In this document: one piece after another, positions 10,784 to 20,500 of the stretch | Layout: each line of letters starts with the position of its first letter | Numbering within the stretch: position 1 is the first letter of the stretch | Assembly (NCBI GenBank): GCA_963823665.1 | Contig: CAWGMQ010000010.1 | Span: 1,664,001 to 1,728,000, forward strand | Source: an uncultured Planctomycetota bacterium | GTDB lineage: Bacteria; Planctomycetota; Planctomycetia; Isosphaerales; Isosphaeraceae | Direction: 5' to 3' | DNA: 64,000 nt | Program-made: the position numbers and the translations under genes | The notes under the pieces: generated by a model | Database searches by the model: none | Told to the model about the DNA's origin: nothing | Seen by the model: the letters and a program-made list of their open reading frames with translations, nothing else

Positions 10784-11968
10784 CTAAGTGATAACGACCG
10801 GGCACACAAAGGGGCCATTCTCGATGTAGAAGCCTGTTTTACCGTAGGCGATGCCTGCCGTGCCGCCGCCGCCGCCCAGATTGTTGCCGCCGGGGCTGAA
10901 GTAGAGCTCATCTCCACTGAAAAGCGTGAGCATGCCACCCTCGTAAGCGACCAACTCCACCACCTTCTGGGACCCACTGTAGGCGTTGACGGTTCTGCCG
11001 CCGCCGCCGACGTTGAGGCCGGTGGGGCTGAAGTAGACGCTGCCGGTGCTGAACTCCGTGTCCACGCCGTCCCAGACGGCGAACAACTGCACCGCTCGCC
11101 CAGTCCCAGTGTAGGCGTTGACCGTACTGCCGCCGCCGCCGACGTTGAGGCCGGTGGGGCTGAAGTAGACCGAGCCGGAGGCGAACAGCGTTTCCACGCC
11201 CACCGTGCCCTCTAAGCCCCCGATCATGTTGTTGACGGCAACGATCTGCACCGCTCGCCCAGGCCCATTGTAGGCGTTGACCGTACCGGGGCCGCCACCT
11301 ACATTATTGCCGGTGGTGCTGAAGTAGACACTACCCGAGGCGAACAGCGTGTCCACGCCGCCGTTGACGGCAACCAACTGCATCGGTTCATCAGACCCAA
11401 TGTAGGCCTTGACCGTGCCGCCGCCGCCGCCCAGATAGTTGCCGGTGGGGCTGTGGTAGACGTAGTTGAAGACTCCGGAGTCGAACAGCGTGTCCACACC
11501 GCCGCTCCCGTTCTCGCCAACCGGGACTATCTCCACCACGCGTTCCTTGCCGGTGTAGGCCTGGACGGTACTGCCGGAGTACGTATTGCTGCCCGGCACG
11601 ATGCCGCCGTTCCAGCTGCCGGGGGGGCTGTACCAGACGGTTCCGTCCTGAAAGAGCGTATCCAGACCGCCGTCAGCCGGCACAATCTCCACCACCCGGC
11701 CATGCTGCTGGTTCGACGGGGTGTGGATAGAGAGGAAGTTGTAGTAGACATCCCCGTCGTTGCTGAGCTCGTACGCGCCAACGCTGACCTTCGCCGTCTG
11801 CACCACCTGAAACGGTCCGTTGAAATTGGGAACTGGTATCGCAGACAGCAGCATGCGGCCCTCCATGGTTTCGACCTGAGGTCGCTGCTGCCGCCTGGTA
11901 TGTTGCCGGGTCCGCTGGCTGCGAGGCGAAAGCCGACCGAAAAGGTCATGAAGTCGTAAGAAACGCAT
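10784..11968 (-). CDS. Exported protein built of ~6-7 tandem ~42-48-aa Gly-rich repeats (probable beta-propeller)
   Basis: VETMEGRMLLS export motif; repeats GVDTLFASGSVYFSPTGLNVGGGG.TVNAY.G. Confidence 0.8.
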   Translation of the reverse strand: MRFLRLHDLFGRLSPRSQRTRQHTRRQQRPQVETMEGRMLLSAIPVPNFNGPFQVVQTAKVSVGAYELSNDGDVYYNFLSIHTPSNQQHGRVVEIVPADGGLDTLFQDGTVWYSPPGSWNGGIVPGSNTYSGSTVQAYTGKERVVEIVPVGENGSGGVDTLFDSGVFNYVYHSPTGNYLGGGGGTVKAYIGSDEPMQLVAVNGGVDTLFASGSVYFSTTGNNVGGGPGTVNAYNGPGRAVQIVAVNNMIGGLEGTVGVETLFASGSVYFSPTGLNVGGGGSTVNAYTGTGRAVQLFAVWDGVDTEFSTGSVYFSPTGLNVGGGGRTVNAYSGSQKVVELVAYEGGMLTLFSGDELYFSPGGNNLGGGGGTAGIAYGKTGFYIENGPFVCPVVIT

Positions 11969-12447
11969 GGTCGTACTTCTTTCTTTGGTTGAGGTCTGCG
12001 GATGTGAATCGTCTCATGCCGGCCAGGACACAACTTGTGGCCTGGCCACTCAGGACCGCGGGGAGTCACCGCCCGACGGACGGGCGCACCCCGAACGGGG
12101 GCGCCCGATCACGACACGCCTTCCGGTTCCGCCGACCCGGCGGAAGCCCCTTCGACCCAACGCGAGCGAAACCTCCACATCAGGGCCGGGAGCCCGACCC
12201 CGTCCGGGTCAAGCGCCAGCGGCCGGCCATTTGATGTCAGGTGCGGGGTTGCGCGGAGCTTGAACGCCGCCGCCGAGCCCCAGGAACCGGGCGAACCGCC
12301 GCTGGCGCTGGCGGGCGTACCAAGATTGCCGAGCCCGATCCATCGTCCGCCTCGCCCGTGTCGCGTCCATGGTAGGTGCCCTCTCCGAGCGGGACGCCGG
12401 ACCACCGGCCACCCGGCGATCGTTCCTGCATCCCACGCTCACAAAGG

Positions 12448-12495
12448 AACTCGCTGGCGCGGCGAATAACCCCGCAACCCGCTCCCGATTTTTTT
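12448..12495 (-). promoter_or_regulatory. Conserved ECF-type promoter-like motif, copy 2
   Basis: 32-bp core identical to copies 1 and 4; downstream leader shared with copies 1 and 3. Confidence 0.6.
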
Positions 12496-12529
12496 CGAGG
12501 ATGCCAAAGCTAGCTGGAAACGCCTGGAG

Positions 12530-12825
12530 CGCTGTGAAATTTTGAGTTGTAACCGCCTTGCGCACCCGCCTGACCGCGATGGGACTGGGCTGGGACGAAG
12601 ATGAGAGGCCCGTCCCGGAAGGGCCGAGGACCTCGCGCTCCGGGGGCCGGGAGGCCCGCTCCGCCGCCTCCGGTTCAATCCCGACGGCACCAAGCTGGCC
12701 CTCCTGTTCCGCAACGACGGGCCGTCCGGATATGGGCCCTCGCCTCCTTGCGCATCCGACTGGCGGCGATGCGCCTGGATTGGGACGAAGATGAAAGGCC
12801 CGTCCCGGATGGGCGTCAGGCGTGA
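12530..12825 (+). pseudogene. Two degenerate C-terminal fragments of a WD40-type planctomycete kinase
   Basis: LRTRLTAMGLGWDEDERPVPEG and FNPDGTKLALL...AVRIWALASLRIRLAAMRLDWDEDERPVPDG; direct repeat tgggacgaagatga(g/a)aggcccgtcccgga at 12591 and 12781. Confidence 0.6.
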
Positions 12826-12919
12826 TGGACGCTGATCGTAATTACCTTCGCAACCACGATCCGCACAAATCCTCACAGCCGATTCGGTCCAGCGACCGCC
12901 GATCGCGGTTCCCGGAAGA

Positions 12920-13390
12920 TTAGGGATCAACTACGGAATCCACCGAATTACACCGACAAAGAGAATCTGGATGAACTCCCCTTTTTCCGTGTCCGTCGGC
13001 TTTTTCCGTGGTTACCCATTTGTGATGATCTTTCTTGCCGAAGTAATAGCCGAACACATTGACAGACGCCTTCTGCCCGTCGGCGTGCCCGCGGACCTGG
13101 CAGTCGAAGCGGAGTTCGCGGTCCGCGGGAACCGGGCTGATGGCGACCCCCGCGTGTGACCACGATTGCGGCCCCGGCTCGACACCGTCGAGCCGCACCG
13201 AGGCGCTGTCGCCATGACGAAGCTCCGGTTCGGGGACAGCACTTCGGAGGAACCGCCCCTCAGCCCGGCGGTCGAGGGTGGGGTTCAAGAGCTCGGAACC
13301 CTCGGTGATCTCACGAGCCCTCGAGGTACGGCACAGCTCCAAAAGCGTCAGGACGACCAGGGCGGATGCGAGGTAAAACAGGCGTCTCAC
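12920..13390 (-). pseudogene. Truncated second copy of the 9530..10578 gene
   Basis: 13047-13491 aligns with 10233-10686; homology stops at VNVFGY. Confidence 0.8.
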
Positions 13391-13432
13391 AGGGATCTCC
13401 TTTCTCGAACTGGCGGTGGCGGACATACCCGA

Positions 13433-13523
13433 GGTCAGACTTGGTTATTCCAGAGCGAAAAACCAAGAACCAAGTCTGACCCCACGAGCTTCCCAGAACC
13501 AAGTCTGACCGCACGAGCTTCCC
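13433..13523. repeat. GGTCAGACTTGGT inverted-repeat element, copy 2, with a 29-bp tandem duplication of the right arm
   Basis: agaaccaagtctgacc(c/g)cacgagcttccc at 13466 and 13495. Confidence 0.85.
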
Positions 13524-13695
13524 CTTCAATGCCCACGCCCACACCGCCAATGCCATCGTTAGCCCCACCACCGACGACACTCTCCTCCTCGTCGGGGGTC
13601 AGCTCCCTGAAGTCCTCGGACTCCGGGAGGTCCTGGATCCTGTCCTCATCGGCCTTCGCCTTTTTCGGGTCGTTCGTCGGGTTGCTGGTCGCCAT
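13435..13695 (-). CDS. Small peptide with a double-glycine-type leader (bacteriocin/RiPP precursor-like); 3' end runs into the repeat
   Basis: RBS aaggaaagac-ATG; DLPESEDFRELTPDEEESVVGG followed by Gly-rich GANDGIGGVGVGIEG. Confidence 0.6.
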   Translation of the reverse strand: MATSNPTNDPKKAKADEDRIQDLPESEDFRELTPDEEESVVGGGANDGIGGVGVGIEGEARAVRLGSGKLVGSDLVLGFSLWNNQV

Positions 13696-13899
13696 GTCTT
13701 TCCTTCAGTCAATGGACTGCACTTGCCTCCTCGTCTCGGAAACTGTGCGGCGTGGGCGGAGGCCAGCCACGTTCACAGTTTTCTCACAGAGCACCGACGA
13801 CTTCCGCCTGCGTCGCGTCCATCATCAGTGCCCTGTGCGAGCGGGACGCCGGCCCGCCGGCCACGCGGCGATCGTTCCTGCGTTCCACGCTCACAAAGG

Positions 13900-13948
13900 A
13901 ACTCGCTGGCGCGGCGGATAAACTAGCAACCCGCGCCCGATTCTTTTT
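13900..13948 (-). promoter_or_regulatory. Conserved ECF-type promoter-like motif, copy 3 (variant)
   Basis: aactcgctggcgcggcggataaactagcaacc, 28/32 match, plus T-run. Confidence 0.5.
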
Positions 13949-14318
13949 CCGGGACGGGATCCGCCTTGCCGGGCTTGCCGCGCCGCCCGCCCCACTCCAC
14001 AACCGGGATGACTTCCGGCGGTTCGTCGCCAAGCTATTCGACCGCGTGTTCCCGGCCGACCCGATTGCCCGCTGAGCGGGTTGGTCGTGGCGAAGCGCAA
14101 CTTGCACCAGAATCGCCCGGCCGTCGCACCGATGCACGCTGCGTCTGGCCACGGTCATTCCATCCCTGCCTGAAGAAGCAAACGGCCCTCGCCGGAATCC
14201 CGGGACGACCGCGCTGTCGCACGGCACGACACCTTCAAGCCGACGCGGCCTAACCGCAACATTCGTGTGACCAGCCGCAAAGGAACCATTCCTCAATTCC
14301 AAGTTGGTCGAAAACCAG

Positions 14319-14366
14319 AAAAGGAGGCAGTTCATTTTTCGCTAGAAAAATGAACTGCCTCCTTTT
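14319..14366. repeat. Perfect 22-bp inverted repeat downstream of the calpain gene (terminator or REP-like)
   Basis: aaaaggaggcagttcatttttc-gcta-gaaaaatgaactgcctcctttt. Confidence 0.85.
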
Positions 14367-14458
14367 ATTCCCAGATGTCGAGCTTGGACGCCACCAAACC
14401 TTGCCGCCACTCTTGGCGAACGGTTACGTCTGCGCCCGGTACGCCAGGGGTCCGCCGC

Positions 14459-16570
14459 TCATGAGGCGTCTCCCGAGAAAGTTCTTGGATCGACCTGGCC
14501 GATTCTCTGGAGGGGACGAGGTCGCAGAACAGGGAAGTCATAGACGTCCACGCTGGCCGCGACACTCTGAGTCGGAAGAACCAAGTCCGCGATTGCCGCG
14601 TCCCGCAGAGCCGTGGCGGCCCACCCTAAGGTATCGGCACTGTCGTTGCTGCTCGTTGTCCCGTTGCGCGGGGCCAGCGATCCCACGCTTGGCGAGAGCT
14701 CGGACCCGGTCTGTGGCAGGCTTTCCGCCTCGGAAATCGTGGCCGACGGGCTGGCGTCGACGGGGCCGACGGGCTGGGGACAATTGCCGTCCAGGTAGAA
14801 GTTCGCCGTGAGCTGGTTCCAGTTGAGGTTCAGAATTCCCGGGTCGGCGCCATAATCGCCTTTGTTGTTCACGCCCCAAGGATTCAGCAGCTCGAACGAC
14901 TGGTCCGACGGATTGTAACTTATGACCGCATAACAGTGATCGCCTACGATCGGCGAGCTATCGCCCGGGTAGCTGTCGAGGGTGAGCAGTGTTTGAGAGT
15001 TGATCGCGCTGATGAAACTGCCCTCGCTTGCCAACAGGTTCGAGTGGCTTTCCTGAAGGCCGGTGATGACCGGCAGGGTCCACGATGCCTCGCCGCTCAG
15101 AGACGCATAGGCGTTGGAAGAGGGCTGACCGTTCCACCCGGATTCGCAGAGCTGGGCATACGCCTTCTCCGCCAGGGGGACCCAGAGGACGTTACTCGGG
15201 TCGCTTATGGATTGAAGTTGACCTTGGTTGAGACTATCATGTGCGAATTCAAAATAGTCACCGGTGTAACTGGTTCCTTCATAGCTCGGGTTAATTTCGT
15301 ACGGAAAATAATTGTTGACCGTGAGATAGGATGCCACGCCGTTGTCATAGAAGCAGACCGTCCAGACCTGAGCCCCGTCCACGGTTCCGTCGTACGTGAA
15401 CATGTTTTTGATGGCGACGGCGTCATGCGCGGCCGTTTCCGCGTAAGAGGCCAGCAGCCAGCAGTCGCCGTCATTTCCTTGATAAACGTCGTTGTAGCTG
15501 GGGCCGCCGCTGCTGCACAGGTTGCCGCTGGCGAGCGCGTAGCTGGGGGTCGGGGTCTGGGCAACCCCGTTGTAGTAGGTTGTCGGATCCGGATAGTCTT
15601 CGCCCAGGAACCACTTATTGACCAGGTCCTGCAAATGCGTGGCCGAACTGCCCACTTGCAGGTTGCCCAGCGGAACGCTTTTCTCCGCGTTGCTCGAGTT
15701 AAGGTATTGGTAGTCGGTGTTGCCCGGGTCCCCGAATACCACTTTGCTTGCGAGGTCGGTGAGGCCCGTGCCCGTCATGAAGCAATCCTCTCCAATATTG
15801 CTCGCAAGTGTCTGCAAGCACTCCATTTGCAGGGGCAGAAGGCCGCCCGAGGGCACCTCGCCCTCCACGGTTTGGAGCAGCCCCAGCATGTCGTTGAAGT
15901 TAAGTGATCGATCGCGGTCGAGATCCGTCAGCGCATCGGCGAGCACCGTTGGTTCGTTCGGGTCGGACGTGGATGCGGGGCCATTGATCTGCACGTTGGT
16001 GACGAACGCGTTGTTGTCCCCCGAGAGCGGGTTCAAGCCTCTGAACACGAGGGTATGCAAGCCCGTTCCCGCTACACTGAAGTTCATGCTTTGGTACGAG
16101 GTGTAGCCAGTGGTGGCGGGCACCACCACGTCCACCAAGGCGTTGTCCAACCAAACCCCTACGGCTTGAAAACTGGATTGAAGATTCTGCCGCTGGGCGG
16201 CCTCGAACGAGATGCTGTAGTTGCCCGGCTGGAGGTTGAACGACTGCGACATGTTGCCGTTGTTTGGCAGAAAGGCCACCTGGCTCGGGGCGGAGACATT
16301 AGGGTTGCCGATGGTGAACTTGCTGCCGTTGCCGCTCACGCCTGCGCCTCCGTAGAATGCCCAGGGCGAGCCGGGCCCGTTGGCCCCGTAATCATAGGGA
16401 GGGGGGGCCGTTTGGAACGGCGTGGCAAAAGTACCGTCGCTGAACGCCACACTCATCATCGTCCGCGTTTCCAACCGCTCGACGCGCAAGGACGCGCCGC
16501 GTCTGTTCCGACCGGAGGTCCGAATCGACTGTGACTCGCCGGCACAAACTCGTTGAAGCATGCGTTTCAT
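14459..16570 (-). CDS. Exported calpain-family (C2) cysteine protease with an N-terminal beta-sandwich domain
   Basis: LRVERLETRTMMS export motif; catalytic triad DVYQGNDGDCWLLA / GDHCYAV / LLNPWG. Confidence 0.88.
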   Translation of the reverse strand: MKRMLQRVCAGESQSIRTSGRNRRGASLRVERLETRTMMSVAFSDGTFATPFQTAPPPYDYGANGPGSPWAFYGGAGVSGNGSKFTIGNPNVSAPSQVAFLPNNGNMSQSFNLQPGNYSISFEAAQRQNLQSSFQAVGVWLDNALVDVVVPATTGYTSYQSMNFSVAGTGLHTLVFRGLNPLSGDNNAFVTNVQINGPASTSDPNEPTVLADALTDLDRDRSLNFNDMLGLLQTVEGEVPSGGLLPLQMECLQTLASNIGEDCFMTGTGLTDLASKVVFGDPGNTDYQYLNSSNAEKSVPLGNLQVGSSATHLQDLVNKWFLGEDYPDPTTYYNGVAQTPTPSYALASGNLCSSGGPSYNDVYQGNDGDCWLLASYAETAAHDAVAIKNMFTYDGTVDGAQVWTVCFYDNGVASYLTVNNYFPYEINPSYEGTSYTGDYFEFAHDSLNQGQLQSISDPSNVLWVPLAEKAYAQLCESGWNGQPSSNAYASLSGEASWTLPVITGLQESHSNLLASEGSFISAINSQTLLTLDSYPGDSSPIVGDHCYAVISYNPSDQSFELLNPWGVNNKGDYGADPGILNLNWNQLTANFYLDGNCPQPVGPVDASPSATISEAESLPQTGSELSPSVGSLAPRNGTTSSNDSADTLGWAATALRDAAIADLVLPTQSVAASVDVYDFPVLRPRPLQRIGQVDPRTFSGDAS

Positions 16571-16644
16571 GGAAGGTTCCTTGCTGCCAGGCAGCTTTCG
16601 CGGTTTCAGTTGCGGGGCAAGACATGTTGTCCTCTCTACAGAAC

Positions 16645-16692
16645 AACTCGCTGGCGCGGCGAATAACCCCGCAACCCTGGCCGAATTTTTTT
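16645..16692 (-). promoter_or_regulatory. Conserved ECF-type promoter-like motif, copy 4
   Basis: 32-bp core identical to copies 1 and 2; 75 bp upstream of the calpain ATG and divergent from the ECF gene. Confidence 0.6.
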
Positions 16693-16925
16693 CAGGTTTG
16701 GGTCTGCCCCCCCGACAGGCTCGGTGCGGAGGGGGTCGCGTGTCGGGGCGGGCCGGCGAGGCAGGGCCGAACGGTATGTCGGTCGGGGCCGTATTTGCGC
16801 CGCATCGATCGACTCGCCAGATTAATGTATCTGGTTGAAAAGAATATGTTTGCAATCCGGGGGCCGAGTCCCGATCATGAGGGCGTCGGCCCCGTCGTTC
16901 CTCGCGGTCGGAGGAAGCCGCACCC

Positions 16926-17516
16926 ATGGACCCCGAAGGTTCGGTTACGCGCTGGATCTCTCAGCTCAAGCACGGCGATCGCGCCGCCGCCGCGCCCCTC
17001 TGGGAGGCCTACTTCCACCGCCTCGTCGCCCTGGCGCGCACGCGACTCAGCGGCACCCCGCGCCGCGCCGCCGACGAGGAGGACGTGGCCCTCGCCGCCT
17101 TCGACAGCTTCTACCGTCGCGCCGAACGCGGCCAGTTCCCCAGGCTCGAGGGCCGCGACGACCTCTGGCAGCTCCTGTTCGTCCTCACCGTGCGCAAGGC
17201 GGTCGACCTGACGCGCCGCGAGGCCCGCCAGCCCGGGCGCGGCGCCTGGGGGCGGTCGCTCTGGGAGCAGGCCGAGCTGAAGCTCGAGCTGCTGCTCGGC
17301 TCGGAGCCCACGCCCGAGTTCGCCGCCCTGGTGGCCGACGAGTGCCGGCGACTGCTCGCCCGCCTCGGGGATGAGACGTTGCAGTCGGTGGCCGTCTGGA
17401 AGATGGAAGGCGAGACCAACGCCGCGATCGCCGCGCGGCTGGGCTGCGTCGCCAAGACCGTCGAGCGCAAACTCCGGCGCATCCGCGAGCTCTGGGGCAG
17501 AGAGGGAGTTTCATGA
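16926..17516 (+). CDS. ECF-type RNA polymerase sigma factor (Sigma70_ECF-like, kinase-associated)
   Basis: GSVTRWISQLKHGD..AA..LWEAYFHRLV.LAR, DEEDVALAAFDSF, region-4 HTH IAARLGCVAKTVERKLRRIR. Confidence 0.92.
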   Translation: MDPEGSVTRWISQLKHGDRAAAAPLWEAYFHRLVALARTRLSGTPRRAADEEDVALAAFDSFYRRAERGQFPRLEGRDDLWQLLFVLTVRKAVDLTRREARQPGRGAWGRSLWEQAELKLELLLGSEPTPEFAALVADECRRLLARLGDETLQSVAVWKMEGETNAAIAARLGCVAKTVERKLRRIRELWGREGVS

Positions 17517-20500
17517 GCGACGTGACCCCGACCGAGGAATGGGATCGTTCACCCTCGCTGGGCGGACGGGTGGAGGCGATGTGCGACCGCTTCGAGGCCG
17601 CCTGGAAGGCGGGCCGGCGGCCGCCGATCGAGGATTACCTCCGTGAAGTGCCCGAGGGCGGACAGACGGCGTTGTTCCGTGAGCTGCTGGAGCTGGAGCT
17701 GGCATACCGCCGTCGCGCCGGCGAGCGGCCGACGCCGGAGGAGTATCAGTGCCGGTTCCCGCAGCAGGTTGCCGAGATCGAGACCATTCTTGGCGGGGCG
17801 CCCCCTCCTCGGGCCGGCGCGGACCACCACCTGCTGTTCGGCATGCTCACCCAGTCTTCCGCTCCTTTTCAGGAGTACCCGGTGAAGATCGATCGCTATC
17901 GACTGATCCGGTCGCTCGGCCAGGGGGGATTCGGGCGTGTCTACCTCGCCCGCGACGACGATCTTGACCGCCCTGTGGCGGTCAAAGTCCCACGCCCCGA
18001 GCGAGTTTCTTGCCCGGAAGATATCGAGGCGTACCTGACCGAAGCCCGAATCGTTGCGAGCCTCGATCATCCCCATATTGTTCCGGTCCACGACGTAGGG
18101 CGCACCGACGACGGGCTGTGCTTTGTCGTGTCCAAGTTCATCGAGGGGAGCGACCTTGCAACCAGGATCAAGGAAGCACGCCTCAGCTTTCACGAGTCAG
18201 CGGGATTGGTGGAAACGGTCGCCGAAGCCCTTCATCACGCACATACTCGTGGCTTGGTCCACCGCGACATCAAGCCCGCCAACATCTTGATTGATGCCTC
18301 AGGGAAGGCGCACGTTGCCGACTTCGGTCTTGCACTTACTGACGAGGACTCAGGGAGACCTGGTGGGCTGGCTGGAACCCCTTCGTACATGAGTCCCGAG
18401 CAGGCACGGGGCGAAGGTCACCGGGTCGATGGGCGATCCGACATGTTCAGCCTTGGCGTGGTGTTCTACGAACTACTGACCGGGCGACGACCGTTCGTCA
18501 CCAAAGCCCAAGACAACGACGAAGCTCGCAACGAACTGCTGGACCTCATCGCTGCCACCGAAGCCCGCCCTCCGCGCCAGATCGACGACACGATCCCCAA
18601 GGAATTAGAACGCATCTGTTTGAAGGCGATGAGCAAGCGAGCGTCCGACCGGTACACCACCGGATGTGACATGGCTGAGGATCTGCGAGCCTTTCTCCAC
18701 ACCGTCAGAGGAGTGGCAATTCCCGCCACCATGTCCGCTCCGGTCAGCCCGCCTCCCGGTTCAACCGACGTGGTGACACCGGTCCCATCTACCTCCAGGC
18801 AATCCGACTCCGACCAACGACCGTTGAAGATTGTCCCCAAGGGATTGCGGTCCTTCGATCAACACGACGCCGATTTCTTCCTCGAACTGCTGCCGGGACC
18901 ACGAGATCGAGATGGTCTGCCCGACAGCATCCGATTCTGGAAGGATCGCATTGAAGAGACCGACCCTGATCAGACCTTTCGGGTGGGACTCATCTATGGA
19001 CCTTCGGGTTGCGGCAAGTCGTCGCTTGTGAAGGCGGGATTGTTGCCGCGGCTGGGCAAGCACGTTCAAACGGTTTACGTCGAGGCGACCGCGGAGGAAA
19101 CGGAAACCAGGCTCCTGAAGGGGTTGAGGAGGGTTTGCTCTGAGTTGCCAACAGGGCTGGGCTTGGTGGGTTCTCTGGCAACGGTGCGGAAGGGTCGGGT
19201 TCTGCGGGCCGACCGGAAACTCCTGCTTGTGCTGGACCAGTTCGAGCAGTGGCTTCATGCGAAGCGCGGTGAGGAGAACACGGAGCTGGTCGCCGCTCTT
19301 CGACAGTGCGACGGTGAGCATGTTCAGGCGGTTGTGATGGTGCGGGATGATTTCTGGATGGCCGCAACCCGGTTTATGAGGGATCTGGAGATCCGCCTTG
19401 TCGAAGGGGAGAACTCGGTAGCCGTTGATCTCTTCGACCTTGACCACGCCGGAGGAATCCTGTTGGCATTTGGTCGGGCGTTCGGCAGGCTGCCTGAGGA
19501 TGCGTCCGATACCTTGAAATATCAGAAGGACTTTCTCAAGGAATCCGTCAATGGACTGGCAGAAGACGGCAAGGTTGTTTCCGTCCGCTTGGCGTTGTTT
19601 GCCGAGATGATGAAGGGGAAGTTGTGGACCCCCGCCACGCTCAAAGAGGTGGGCGGCACGAAGGGTGTGGGTGTCACATTCCTCGAAGAGACCTTCAGCG
19701 CCTCGACCGCCCCTCCCGAGCATCGCTTTCACCAGAAAGCAGCGCAGGCGGTTCTCAAAGCTCTTCTGCCGGAAAGCGGCACCGACATCAAGGGGCAAAT
19801 GAGATCTCGTCAGGACCTGCTTGAAGCTTCGCGGTATGCGAACCGACCAAGCGACTTCAATGACCTGATTCACACTCTCGACCCGGAGCTGCGCCTGATC
19901 ACACCCACCGACCCGGAAGGCTCCGACGATGATCAAACCGTGACGAAGCCCGGAGAGCGTTATTATCAACTCACCCACGATTACCTCGTCCACTCGTTGC
20001 GGGACTGGCTGACACGCAAACAAAGGCAAACCCACCGTGGGCGTGCGGAACTGCGGCTGGCGGAACGCTCCTCGCTATGGAACGCCAAACCAGAGAACCG
20101 CTATCTGCCGTCCGCGCTGGAGTGGGCGAACATCAGGTCGCTGACCGAGAAGCGGGAGTGGACCGATGCCCAACGCAAGATGATGAAACGGGCGGGACGG
20201 CTGCATGGGGTGCGGGCGATCGCGTTCTCGGCCGTTGCCGCAGTGCTGGCAGCCACGGGAATAAACGCTTGGAAGCGTGAAGTTGAGGCCAACAGAGCAA
20301 AGGCCAGTGCCGCGACGAGCCGCATCCAACAACTTCTCAAGGTCCAAACCGCCGATGTCCCCGGAGTCGCTCTGGCTATGGAGGAAGATCGCCTCCGGAC
20401 CGACCCTGAGCTGAGACGCATCGTCGCGAATCCATGGCTTCGGCCGAAGGCCAAGCTTCACGCCAGCCTCGCGCTCTTGCCGGTTGATCCCAGCCAGTTG

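Noticed and set aside
9530..13948. Integron cassette array
   Set aside because: No integrase, and the IRs lack attC RYYYAAC/GTTRRRY ends
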